Shown: piece by piece, positions 27,843-36,770 of the stretch | Layout of the letters: each line of letters starts with the position of its first letter | How positions within the stretch are numbered: position 1 is the first letter of the stretch | Origin: Burkholderiales bacterium | GTDB taxonomy: Bacteria; Pseudomonadota; Gammaproteobacteria; Burkholderiales; Eutrophovitaceae | Assembly: GCA_040880425.1 (NCBI GenBank) | Contig: JBBDIL010000018.1 | Coordinates: forward strand, 18,495 to 82,494 | DNA: 64,000 nucleotides | Reading direction: 5' to 3' | Translations under genes and position numbers: made by a program | Notes under the pieces: generated by a model | What the model saw: only the letters and a program-made list of their open reading frames with translations | What the model was told of the DNA's origin: nothing | Databases searched by the model: none

Positions 27843-28388
27843 GTGGCGCAGGTCGATGGATTCTTTGTGTACGGCACGCTGATGCGCGGGGAGTCGCGGT
27901 TTTCCGCGATTGCGGCGCACGGGATCGTACGGGTGCTGCTCGCGCGCGGCCCCGGGCAACTCTTTGCCACGGATGGCGATTATCCGATGGTGCGTCTGAC
28001 CGGCGCAGGTGCGGACGACTTGGTGTACGGAGAGTTCGTTCGCGTCGACGCCTTCGATTCGGCGCGCGTGGCGCTGGATGCGCTGGAAGGATTCGCCGGC
28101 CATGGCAACCCGAAAAACGAGTACGAGCGGATGCTGGTCGATGTCGACGTTGGCGGCGCCAGGCTGATGACGGCATGGACTTACGTCGCGCCCGAACGAC
28201 GTCCCGTGCGGGACCAGATCGCATCGGGATGCTGGCGGAGCCACCGCGGTGTTCGCGACGCTTTTTTCCGTCAGCTTGCGCTGGCACACGGCCGGTCCGA
28301 CACTGAAACCATCCAGGCGCTGAGCGAAGGGAGTCTTTCGGAGTTCAAACTCGCAAAGCAGTCCGGGCTCTGGACTGCGCTGGCCTGA
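27843..28388 (+). CDS. Gamma-glutamylcyclotransferase (GGCT/AIG2-like) family protein
   Basis: GTG start after GGAGGA. 'FFVYGTLMRGE' is the N-terminal GGCT signature. Confidence 0.75.
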   Translation: MAQVDGFFVYGTLMRGESRFSAIAAHGIVRVLLARGPGQLFATDGDYPMVRLTGAGADDLVYGEFVRVDAFDSARVALDALEGFAGHGNPKNEYERMLVDVDVGGARLMTAWTYVAPERRPVRDQIASGCWRSHRGVRDAFFRQLALAHGRSDTETIQALSEGSLSEFKLAKQSGLWTALA

Positions 28389-28431
28389 AATGCGGCCGAG
28401 ATGGGCGGAAGGACCGGGAGCCGGGTACTGA

Positions 28432-28497
28432 GGACTGGGTAAACTTCAGGTCCGGGAAAACACCGGTGCCCGGTGCCAGGGAATGCAGGACTGAGTC
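28432..28497. repeat. GGTGCCCGGCACC-core palindromic element (copy B)
   Basis: GGACTGGGTAAACTTCAGGTCCGGGAAAACACCGGTGCCCGGTGCCAGGGAATGCAGGACTGAGTC. Confidence 0.75.
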
Positions 28498-28552
28498 ACT
28501 GCGAAGTAAACGGTCGATGATCGCGTCGGGACGGTATGACGAACCGTTCGAC

Positions 28553-29380
28553 TCAAGCCAGAAACAGCTCCGGGTCTACGGCAACCGTGTTCAGGTAAAC
28601 GCTGAAATGCAGGTGCGCGCCCGTTACACGGCCGGTGGCGCCGACACGGCCGATCTGCGTGCCGGCGACAACGCGTTCGCCGGCGTGCACATCGGTTGCG
28701 CTCAGATGGGCATACAGGGTGAGAAAGCCGCGCCCATGATCGAGGATCATGGTGTTGCCGGAAAAGAAGTAGTCACCGACATCGATTACCTCGGCGGCGC
28801 CGGCTGCCCGCACCGGTGTGCCGTCCGGTGCGGCGATGTCCATGCCGCTGTGCGGGCTGCGCGGCTGGTCGTTGAAGAAGCGGCGCAATCCATATGAACT
28901 CGACTTGCGGCCTTCACAGGGCTGCAACAGCCGCATCGACTCGGGCGCCTGCTCGCTGAAGGTCTTGCGCATGCGCTCCAGATGCGCGCGCTCGCGCCGG
29001 TAGCGGGCCAGGTCTTCGGCAGACAAGTCCACCTGTCCCGGCTTCACCGTCAGCCGCTGTTCTTCGTAGCGCCTGGGTTCGATCGGAACCGGAATTTTTT
29101 CCCGCGCGCGGCCAGCATGTTCGACCGACAGGTCCATGGTGTTGCCGGCAGTTGCGCTGAGTGGAATGCCGACCACCGCAATCCAGTCGCTTGCGTCGCC
29201 CGCGACCATCGCGCGTTCGCCATTGAAGCGCGCAACCGGCGCCGTCTGCGCAGGTCCGAGCCTGACGACGGCAACACCGCCGGGAACGTTGGCAGCGCGC
29301 GGCAGTTGGAATGCGTGCGTTCGAAGTGGCGAGAAGGCGGGGACCGCGGCGAGAAGCTGCAGAAATGCTCGACGGTTCAT
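28553..29380 (-). CDS. M23 family metallopeptidase with Tat-like signal
   Basis: 'MNRRAFLQLLAA' is a twin-arginine signal. M23 motifs 'HSGMDIAAP' and 'GATGRVTGAHLHFSV'. Confidence 0.9.
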   Translation of the reverse strand: MNRRAFLQLLAAVPAFSPLRTHAFQLPRAANVPGGVAVVRLGPAQTAPVARFNGERAMVAGDASDWIAVVGIPLSATAGNTMDLSVEHAGRAREKIPVPIEPRRYEEQRLTVKPGQVDLSAEDLARYRRERAHLERMRKTFSEQAPESMRLLQPCEGRKSSSYGLRRFFNDQPRSPHSGMDIAAPDGTPVRAAGAAEVIDVGDYFFSGNTMILDHGRGFLTLYAHLSATDVHAGERVVAGTQIGRVGATGRVTGAHLHFSVYLNTVAVDPELFLA

Positions 29381-29474
29381 GCGTTGCACGGGAGCCCTGG
29401 AATGTCGTGTACGCCGCGATGCTGCGGCTCGCCCGGGAGTATAGATTCTATTCCGCGAATATTCACGTGTAGGG

Positions 29475-30758
29475 CTACTCCAGACGCGGCGGCACGTGGA
29501 TGCCGGCCGGTGTGCGCAGGAACGATACGACGAGGACGGCGCAGAGCAACGGATAGAGCGAAAGCAGGCGCAGCGTGAACGTCGGGCTGCCGAACAGATC
29601 GAACGCCAGCCCGACCGGAAGCGGGCCGAGCGAGGCGCCAACGACTGCCATCATCTGTCCCGCACCCTGCAGACTGCCGAGATGCCTGCGGCCGAAATAG
29701 CGCGGTATCAGGTAGCCGAACAGCGTCATGCTGAACGCGTTGTTCAGACCGAACAGCGCCGCGTAGACCAGTGCGCTCGAAAGTCCGCTCACCAGCGTGA
29801 CGCCGTTCAGCGCCGCGGTCATTACCGCCAGCGCTGCGGCGAAAACGTAACGCGTGGGGAAGCGGTCGAGCAGCTTGCCGACGACCGGCATGCACGCCAC
29901 CATGACCAGCGCGGAAACCGGGAACACGCGCGCCGCGATCTCGGCGCTGATCCCCTGGCCGGTCAGAATCGATACCTGGTGGAAGTGCAGCGTCGTGACC
30001 AGCATCGAGATGCCGAACCAGCCGGCGGCGAGCAGGTAGAACGTCGGCGTGGCGAGCGCTTCGCGCAGCGTCAGTCCGTCGAGTGCGGCGGGCGGCGCAG
30101 TGCCGGGCGGCGTCGGGTCGCCGTCGACAATCAGTCCCTTGTCCTCGGGCCGGTCGTAGATCAGCAACAGTACCGGCGGCAGCAGGATTGCCCAGGTGAT
30201 CAGGCCGAGCACGACCCAGGCGACGCGCCAGCCGAATGCATCGATCAGATATTGGCCGAGCGGCGGATGGATCGCCATGGACGTCGAGAAACCGAGCGCC
30301 ATCAGCCCCATGGCGAAGCCGCGGCGCCGGCTGAACCATTGCGCCACGAGATTGGCGCAGTTCATCATCAGCGAACCCTGGCCGAAGAAACGCAGCAGGG
30401 CGAATCCCAGCGCCAATGTGACGATACCTGTGGAAGCGCCGAAGAGCATGCAGGCCAGCCCAAGCGCGAGCGCCGTCAGCGTGCTCATCCGCCGCGCTCC
30501 GTGGCGGTCTGTCAGCCGGCCCATGCGCGGCAGCAGCAGCGCTGCGATCAACGTAGCGAAACCGTAGGCGCCTGCGATCGCAGATCTTGACAGGCCGAGG
30601 TCATCGGCGATCGGTCCGACGAATACGCTGAACGTGTGCGATTGCCCGGGACCGCTTGCGAAAATGCCGAGACCCGCGACCGCAAGGATGGTCCAACCGT
30701 AGAACGCTCGGCGTTGGAGCGCCTGGAAAATCGAATTGCGGATACCGTCCGGTGTCAT
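29475..30758 (-). CDS. MFS transporter
   Basis: About 12 TM segments and the motif 'LLLPRMGRLTDRHGARR' (MFS motif A). The start at ATG 30758 is approximate. Confidence 0.85.
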   Translation of the reverse strand: MTPDGIRNSIFQALQRRAFYGWTILAVAGLGIFASGPGQSHTFSVFVGPIADDLGLSRSAIAGAYGFATLIAALLLPRMGRLTDRHGARRMSTLTALALGLACMLFGASTGIVTLALGFALLRFFGQGSLMMNCANLVAQWFSRRRGFAMGLMALGFSTSMAIHPPLGQYLIDAFGWRVAWVVLGLITWAILLPPVLLLIYDRPEDKGLIVDGDPTPPGTAPPAALDGLTLREALATPTFYLLAAGWFGISMLVTTLHFHQVSILTGQGISAEIAARVFPVSALVMVACMPVVGKLLDRFPTRYVFAAALAVMTAALNGVTLVSGLSSALVYAALFGLNNAFSMTLFGYLIPRYFGRRHLGSLQGAGQMMAVVGASLGPLPVGLAFDLFGSPTFTLRLLSLYPLLCAVLVVSFLRTPAGIHVPPRLE

Positions 30759-30849
30759 CGCATCGCGGACTTTAACAGCTTGCATCCGATGGATTGCGGC
30801 TCGCAACCATCAATCCATTTCCATCCCCGTGACCTGCCGGTATCCGGAA

Positions 30850-31644
30850 TCAGCAACCTGCGGCGGCGTCCGGCTCCGCCCGCGTATCGAGAAACGTGGC
30901 GATCGCGCCACGGGCAACCGGCCGGTCCTCCAGCCACGCATCGAACCGGTAGCGCGACAGCGGCAGCGAGAGCGCTTCGAGGCGTACCGACACCACGAAC
31001 GACCGGTCGGCCGGCACGCGTTCGATGAAAAAACTGACTTCCCGGATTGCCACCAGGTAACCGATGCGTGCTGCGGCGGCGCCGTCGTCGCGCCAGCGCC
31101 GCAAGGCTTCCCATGCGGCAGCCGCCTGGGCCGCCGCCTCGATCGTTACCAGTGCCGGCGCGCTGCCGTCCGATACCAGCGCGCAGGCGCCCGGTACGCT
31201 GGCGCTGGCGGCGAGGCCGTCAGCGGTTTGCTGCAGGATTGCGGAAAGGAAACGCATCGGCGGGCAGTGCGGCAGCAGCCGCTCGACGGCCGGCAGATCC
31301 GCGTCGGTCGCAACCCGGGCTATGTCCGTCGCCGTGTCCTGTGCCTTCAGCGGCGGGCCGAGCACCAGTTCGCCGTTGGCCACCAGGTCGCCGGCGCGCT
31401 TCAGGTCGAAGCGCACATGCGAGCGGTCATCTTCGCGTGCCGACAGCTCGAGCTGTTCACCGGGGAGAACGAGCTGGCGCAGGCGAGCGAATGCGATGCC
31501 TTGCAGGCCGCGCGGCTGGTCCATGCCGTTTGCCAGGGCTTCCAGCGTCAGCGCGAGTTCCGCCACGCCGGGAAGAATCGGCCGCCCGGGAAAATGGCCC
31601 TCGAACCAGGCACCGCCGGCTGGCACGTCGATTCTCGCGTTCAT
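30850..31644 (-). CDS. Double hotdog-fold protein (FabZ/FabA-like dehydratase N-half plus ApeP-like C-half)
   Basis: 'HFPGRPILPGV' is the dehydratase catalytic motif. The second half begins 'LLPHCPPMRFL'. The ATG overlaps the upstream stop (ATGA at 31641-31644). Confidence 0.75.
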   Translation of the reverse strand: MNARIDVPAGGAWFEGHFPGRPILPGVAELALTLEALANGMDQPRGLQGIAFARLRQLVLPGEQLELSAREDDRSHVRFDLKRAGDLVANGELVLGPPLKAQDTATDIARVATDADLPAVERLLPHCPPMRFLSAILQQTADGLAASASVPGACALVSDGSAPALVTIEAAAQAAAAWEALRRWRDDGAAAARIGYLVAIREVSFFIERVPADRSFVVSVRLEALSLPLSRYRFDAWLEDRPVARGAIATFLDTRAEPDAAAGC

Positions 31645-33083
31645 GCGCGCCTGGCGACGATGGTGGCGATGGCGAACTCGGGGTAGGCGTCGCGGATCGC
31701 GGCGATATCGGGAAAGATGCGGACATCCGCGAAGCCGTTCGCCTGCAATGCGGCGGTCCATTGCTCCGGGGTGAGAAAACCGCCATTCGGGCGCCAGTCA
31801 GGGTGCAGCACGGGTTCGCGAAACGCGGTCAGCAGGTTGAACACCAGTTCGAGGTGCAGGGGCTTGCCTGGAAACGGACGGATGTACTCGGACATGACCA
31901 GCACGCCGTGTTCGCACAGCGCATTGCGCAATTCGTGCAGTGTCGCCGCCAGGTCTCGGGCGACGTGCAGCACGTTGACACCATAGGCAAGCGCGTAGTT
32001 GCCGGGCACGACTTCGGATCCGGCAAAGGCGCGATCGATGTCCAGTACCGTAAACCGGAAAGGGCATGCCGGGTGACGCGCCGTCAGCTCGCGCCGGGCG
32101 CGCTTGAGGAACAGCGGCGAGATGTCCGTCAGGTGGTAGACGTCGATGTCGGCAGCGCGGTTCGTGCGCTCGAGCTGTTGCAGCAGCGTGTCCGCGCCGC
32201 TGCCGAGCCCGCCGCCGATCTCGAGGATGGCGCATGCGCCGTCCGGCAGATTCCGTGCCGCCGAGATCGCGCCGACCGCGTTGCTGACCGCATAGAGCGG
32301 ATTGTCGTTCGAGAAGTACTTTACCCAGGGGATGATGCCTTCGGGGCCGAACAATGCCTGTTCGCCGGAAATCGTGCCGCGGAGAACGGCAGGGTAGTGC
32401 GCGGCGGCGAGCGCGGCGATCTCGTAACAGGGCAGGCAGCGCGGATCGTGGGCACGCTGCCTGGCCAGGATCTCGTCGGGGTCCAGTTCAGGCAGCGATC
32501 CCGTGCGGTAGCGCGTTTGGCCGTCGGCGCCGGCGCTGCGGTCGAGCCAGCCGGCCCATGCGAGCATTTCGAGCAGCCAGGTGGCTGGCACCCGTGCAAT
32601 CTCCGGGGCGAGTTCCGCGCGCGCAATGGCCTGTTCTGCCGTGGCGTCCTGCCGGCAGGCCTGCGAGAGTCCGGTCGAGCCGAACGCCTGCAGTGACAGC
32701 CTCGCGACATATTCCTCGAACAGTTCGAACGAGGTGATGAAAGAATCGTCGAATTGCGGCAGCAGTTCCGCGGGAAACAGTGCGGCACGCTCGTCCCGTC
32801 CGCTTCGTTTCGAGATGGCGGGCATGCGCGTATCCGCTAGGCGCAGCGCACGGCCGGCACCGTACACGGGGTAGAGATGCGGCGCGCATGCGCCGCTCGC
32901 GATCGATTCATTGCCCGCATGATACTTCGTGGCCGCCGCGTGCACACGCATGCGCTCGCCGCGCACGAAAATCGGGACGATACCGACACCGGATTTACGT
33001 AGAATGACTTGCCGTTCGCCCGCCGGGCGTTCGGCGATTTCAAACGCATTCCGGATGGCTGCGGGAGTCGTTCCCGCTTGCAT
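31641..33083 (-). CDS. Class I SAM-dependent methyltransferase with large N-terminal region
   Basis: SAM motif I 'ILEIGGGLGSGA'. I chose ATG 33083 because the longer start at 33152 would overlap the divergent small ORF and its RBS. Confidence 0.75.
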   Translation of the reverse strand: MQAGTTPAAIRNAFEIAERPAGERQVILRKSGVGIVPIFVRGERMRVHAAATKYHAGNESIASGACAPHLYPVYGAGRALRLADTRMPAISKRSGRDERAALFPAELLPQFDDSFITSFELFEEYVARLSLQAFGSTGLSQACRQDATAEQAIARAELAPEIARVPATWLLEMLAWAGWLDRSAGADGQTRYRTGSLPELDPDEILARQRAHDPRCLPCYEIAALAAAHYPAVLRGTISGEQALFGPEGIIPWVKYFSNDNPLYAVSNAVGAISAARNLPDGACAILEIGGGLGSGADTLLQQLERTNRAADIDVYHLTDISPLFLKRARRELTARHPACPFRFTVLDIDRAFAGSEVVPGNYALAYGVNVLHVARDLAATLHELRNALCEHGVLVMSEYIRPFPGKPLHLELVFNLLTAFREPVLHPDWRPNGGFLTPEQWTAALQANGFADVRIFPDIAAIRDAYPEFAIATIVARRA

Positions 33084-33101
33084 CCGCTCAGGAGAATATC
33101 G

Positions 33102-33233
33102 ATGGCCAAGGGTCAGCAACGCAGCAATCGCGAGCACAAGAAACCGAAACAACCCAAGAAGGTCGCGCCGGTCCCAACCGGGATGGTGACGCCGGCGAAG
33201 CCGGGCGGCGCCGTTCCCGGCAAGACCCGGTAA
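33102..33233 (+). CDS. Small basic protein (43 aa)
   Basis: AGGAGA RBS 6-7 nt upstream. Sequence 'MAKGQQRSNREHKKPKQPKK...', with good GC3. Confidence 0.5.
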   Translation: MAKGQQRSNREHKKPKQPKKVAPVPTGMVTPAKPGGAVPGKTR

Positions 33234-33414
33234 CGCAGGGTCGATCCCGCGCCGTCACAGCGGCGCGGGATCCGTGTACCGGTTCCGGCATGGCTGCCGG
33301 TGCCAGGCGGTTCTTTTGTGCCGCCGCGGACACGGCAGGCAATCGCCTGCTGCCCGGTGTCGCCAGGGAGTCCGTGGCCTGCAAGCATTCAAACCAGGAA
33401 TACGAAGGGGGACG

Positions 33415-34392
33415 ATGCGCATCTACATGATCGGAGCAGGCGCCATGGGCGGCGTCTATGGGGGGCTGCTCGCGCGGGCGGGCCGGGACGTGACCCTGGT
33501 CGATCCGCGGGAGGAACACGTGGCTACGATCCGGCGCGACGGACTGACGGTCGAGGGCGTGCGCGGCACGCATGTCGTGAAGGTGCCGGCGCATACCAGC
33601 CATGCGGATCTGCCGCCCGGTGAACTGGCGATCGTGTTCACCGACGCCAATGCCACCCGGGAGGCAGCGCGGGCCGCCGCGCAACTGCTGAAGCCCGATG
33701 GCTTCGCGCTGACGCTGCAAAACGGCATCGGCAATGTCGAGGCGCTGGTTGCCGACCTGGGTCAGCCGCGGGTGATTGCAGGCGTCAGCATGAACAGTGC
33801 GGCCAATCCCGCGCCGGGGCGGGTGGCCTATACCAATGCCGGCATGACCTCTGTCGGAGAGCTGAACGGTGCCGAAACAACGCGTATCAGGCAAGTTGCC
33901 GACATGCTGAACGAGGCCGGAATCCAGACCGAGCTTGTTTCCGACCCGATGGCTTACATCTGGGGAAAGTTCGTGCTCAATTGCGGGATCAACGCGCTGA
34001 CCGCGGTCACCGGCCTGCGCAGCGGCGAGATGTACCGAACGCCTGAAGTGAACGCGCTCCAGGACCGGGTAATCGACGAAGTTCTGGAAGTGGTGGCGCG
34101 CAAGGGCGTGAAGCTGTCCGAATCCGACCCGCGCAGGAAAATCAAGGACCACTGCAAGGTGCGCTACAACAAACCGTCCATGATGCAGCACATCGAACAG
34201 GGCAGGCGCACCGAGATCGATGCGCTGAACGGCGCTTTGGTGCGGGAAGCGAAAGCGCTGGGAATCGCGGTACCCCATAACGAGACGATCGTCGCCATCG
34301 TCAAAGGCCTGGAGAGAAGCCGCCGGCAGCTCCTGCATGAAGCGCCGCAGGATTACGCCAGGCTGGAGGCGGAGGCGGAAAAGCAAGGATGA
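33415..34392 (+). CDS. panE: 2-dehydropantoate 2-reductase (ketopantoate reductase, PanE/ApbA family)
   Basis: 'MRIYMIGAGAMGGVYGG' is the Rossmann motif. 'KPSMMQHIEQGRRTEIDALNG' is the C-terminal family signature. Confidence 0.85.
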   Translation: MRIYMIGAGAMGGVYGGLLARAGRDVTLVDPREEHVATIRRDGLTVEGVRGTHVVKVPAHTSHADLPPGELAIVFTDANATREAARAAAQLLKPDGFALTLQNGIGNVEALVADLGQPRVIAGVSMNSAANPAPGRVAYTNAGMTSVGELNGAETTRIRQVADMLNEAGIQTELVSDPMAYIWGKFVLNCGINALTAVTGLRSGEMYRTPEVNALQDRVIDEVLEVVARKGVKLSESDPRRKIKDHCKVRYNKPSMMQHIEQGRRTEIDALNGALVREAKALGIAVPHNETIVAIVKGLERSRRQLLHEAPQDYARLEAEAEKQG

Positions 34393-34470
34393 CACCCCTT
34401 CGGGTGCATGTGAGGATGATGGGGGCAGGGCAGGATCGAGTGACGAGGACTGAGGACTGAGTGCTGAGTG
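34387..34470. repeat. REP hairpin plus GGACTGAG units
   Basis: GGATGACACCCCTTCGGGTGCATGTGAGGATGATG (34387-34421), then GAGGACTGAGGACTGAGTGCTGAGTG. Confidence 0.8.
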
Positions 34471-34552
34471 ACGGGGACCGGGAAAGGCAGGTCCGGGCCA
34501 TGAGAACGGAAAGCAGCAGGGCCGGGAGCAGGGCGCCGGGACGGGGAGGCGA

Positions 34553-35242
34553 ATGGCGGGCGAGGTGAAGAAAGCAGAGCCGATACGGATCACGCACTTT
34601 TCCGACACGCTTTGCGTGTGGGCGTATGTTTCGCAGATCCGCATCGACGAGCTGGAGAAGCAGTTCGCGGGCGCAGTCGAGATCGATCTGAGATATGTGC
34701 ACGTATTCGGCAACGTGCCTGGCAAGATGGAAAGCGCGTGGAAGGATCGCGGCGGCGTGCGGGGCTACAGCGAGCACGTCAAAGGCGTGGTTGCGAAATT
34801 CAACCACGTCGGCTTGCACCCGGAAGTGTGGGTGCGGGATACACCGCGGTCGTCGATGCCGAGCCACCTGTTCCTGTGCGCTGTGCGGCTACTCGACGCC
34901 GCGAGCGATGCGCCACCGATGCTGCCGCGTGCGGCGTGGGCACTGCGCAAGGCGTTCTTCGAAGACGCGGCGGATATCTCGCGGCAGGACGTGCTGCTCG
35001 ATGTTGGTCGGCAGATCGATCTGCCGGTTCCGGAGATCGAGAAGGTGCTGGCCAGCGGCGCCGCGCACGCGGCTTTGATCGAGGACGTCGACCTTGCGCG
35101 CAGCCACGGCGTGCAGGCCAGCCCGACAATGCTGTTCAACGAAGGCCGCCAGCGGCTCACCGGCAATGTCGGATATCGCATCATTGAAGCCAACATCCGC
35201 GAACTGCTCGAAAGCGATCCGCATCAGCTTTCCTGGTGTTGA
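34553..35242 (+). CDS. DsbA-like thioredoxin-fold protein (monothiol CxxA variant)
   Basis: 'ITHFSDTLCVWAY' occupies the position of the DsbA/FrnE CPWC motif. C-terminal 'GVQASPTMLFNEG'. Confidence 0.75.
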   Translation: MAGEVKKAEPIRITHFSDTLCVWAYVSQIRIDELEKQFAGAVEIDLRYVHVFGNVPGKMESAWKDRGGVRGYSEHVKGVVAKFNHVGLHPEVWVRDTPRSSMPSHLFLCAVRLLDAASDAPPMLPRAAWALRKAFFEDAADISRQDVLLDVGRQIDLPVPEIEKVLASGAAHAALIEDVDLARSHGVQASPTMLFNEGRQRLTGNVGYRIIEANIRELLESDPHQLSWC

Positions 35243-35248
35243 AGAACA

Positions 35249-35300
35249 AGGATGACACCCCTTCGGGTGCATATGAGGATGAAGGATGAAGGAGGCAGTT
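35249..35300. repeat. REP hairpin with GGATGAAGG flank
   Basis: AAGGATGACACCCCTTCGGGTGCATATGAGGATGAAGGATGAAGGAGG. Confidence 0.8.
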
Positions 35301-35305
35301 CCTTC

Positions 35306-35848
35306 ATGTCGAAAGAGGAATTGTTGCGGATCTGGTGTAAGGAATCCGTGAGACTCAAGCGATTTTTGGCGGGGATCGTGCTGGCGGCCGCAGCGGCGGG
35401 TGCGTTCGCAGGGGACGCGGAAGAGGATTTCGCTCGCGGCTACGCGGCGTATCAGGCGGGCCGGTACACGGAAGCGGCGACGTTATGGCTGCAGGCGGCG
35501 GAGCGGGGCCATGCGCGCGCGCAGAACGGGCTTGGCGTATTGTACGAAGAAGGACTCGGTGTAGAGCGGGACCTGCGCGAGGCCGCCCGCTGGTTTCGCG
35601 AGTCGTCGGAGAACGGCTATGCGCTGGCCATGCATAATCTCGGGCTCCTGTATCGAGACGGCAATGGCGTGCCACGGGACGATGTCGAAGCGCACAAGTG
35701 GCTCAACCTTGCTTCGTCTCTGAATTTCGATGAGAAGGCGGCTTTCGAGCGTGAACTGCTCGCAAGGCGCATGACGCCCGAGCAGCTCGCGGAAGCGCGT
35801 GCGCGCGCGCAGGCGTGGTTCGAGCGGTTCCTGTTCGAGGAAGAGTAG
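35306..35848 (+). CDS. Sel1-repeat (TPR-like) protein, secreted
   Basis: Sel1 repeats 'GHARAQNGLGVLYEEGLGVERDLREAARWF' and 'GYALAMHNLGLLYRDGNGVPRDDVEAHKWL'. The start is uncertain (ATG 35306 or GTG 35348). The track start at 35252 lies in a REP element. Confidence 0.8.
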   Translation: MSKEELLRIWCKESVRLKRFLAGIVLAAAAAGAFAGDAEEDFARGYAAYQAGRYTEAATLWLQAAERGHARAQNGLGVLYEEGLGVERDLREAARWFRESSENGYALAMHNLGLLYRDGNGVPRDDVEAHKWLNLASSLNFDEKAAFERELLARRMTPEQLAEARARAQAWFERFLFEEE

Positions 35849-35853
35849 AAAAA

Positions 35854-36010
35854 AGGACTGAGGACTGAGTGAAAGGCGAGATTGCCGCGGCCGCTGCGGG
35901 ATCTCGCAATGACGGGTTCATTGTCCAAGCAGTCCTCGCGAGGCCGAAGGCCGTGGTGACCTCGTATTCTGCCGTTACTCAGTCTTCAGTCCTCGTCACT
36001 CAGTCCTGCT
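35854..36010. repeat. Composite palindromic element with two hairpin modules flanked by inverted GGACTGAG arms
   Basis: AGGACTGAGGACTGAGTGAAAGG, then CGAGATTGCCGCGGCCGCTGCGGGATCTCGCAATGAC (35877-35913), then GTCCTCGCGAGGCCGAAGGCCGTGGTGACCTCG (35932-35964), then TTACTCAGTCTTCAGTCCTCGTCACTCAGTCCT. Confidence 0.85.
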
Positions 36011-36012
36011 CT

Positions 36013-36735
36013 TTAAACCTTCCTCGGCCGCCTTCGATGCCAGCGCACGAAGTGGCCAGCGGCAATCAGCAGTGCGAGCGCGAGAACCAGTGCGAAAGGC
36101 GCGAAACGATCGATGGTCGCCGCCCAGGCATTGAGTTCGTTCAGCAGCAACGCCCAGACGCCGATGGCGACATAGGTCGCCGACAGCACCACCGTGACAT
36201 TGATCCACGGCCGCAACCCGATCAGGAATCCGATCAGTGAACCGGCGACCGGGCCTGTCATCCAGAACGGCATGAACACGAAGACGAACAGCCCGAAGAT
36301 GCCGAACTTGCGTATCGTGCCGCGCTTGGCCTCGGCGCTCATCTGCATGCGGGTGACCAGTGGCTTCAGCCTGGGCAGGTCGAGCAGGTTCTGCAGGCTG
36401 AGAACGAACATCGGATAGACAACCAGCACCTGGATGGTTTCGAGGACCATGCTGATCGGAATGACCTGCGCGTGCGTGAGGCCGCTGGCGTACCCGAACG
36501 ACATTCCAGCGGCGCGGCCGATGGCCAGGTTCAAACCGGTCACGCCGGCGAGTGTCAGCGTCCACTCAGGAAAGAAGTGCCAGCTGATGCCGAACGCGAC
36601 GATCGTCAGTACGCCAATCAGAAGGCCCAGCTGCAGCATGAAGCCTTCCGCACTGGCGATGATGCGGCGTCTTCCCGGCGGCGGTTGCAGCGTCGCCGGA
36701 TCGAGCTGCGGCCGTACGATATCCGGTCTTTTCAT
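36013..36735 (-). CDS. Integral membrane protein (possibly small multidrug-export-like, COG2426)
   Basis: Five to six TM segments, ATG at 36735. The function call is tentative. Confidence 0.6.
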   Translation of the reverse strand: MKRPDIVRPQLDPATLQPPPGRRRIIASAEGFMLQLGLLIGVLTIVAFGISWHFFPEWTLTLAGVTGLNLAIGRAAGMSFGYASGLTHAQVIPISMVLETIQVLVVYPMFVLSLQNLLDLPRLKPLVTRMQMSAEAKRGTIRKFGIFGLFVFVFMPFWMTGPVAGSLIGFLIGLRPWINVTVVLSATYVAIGVWALLLNELNAWAATIDRFAPFALVLALALLIAAGHFVRWHRRRPRKV

Positions 36736-36770
36736 CAAGGGTCGATCGCGCGGGAAGTTTCAGGGATTGC

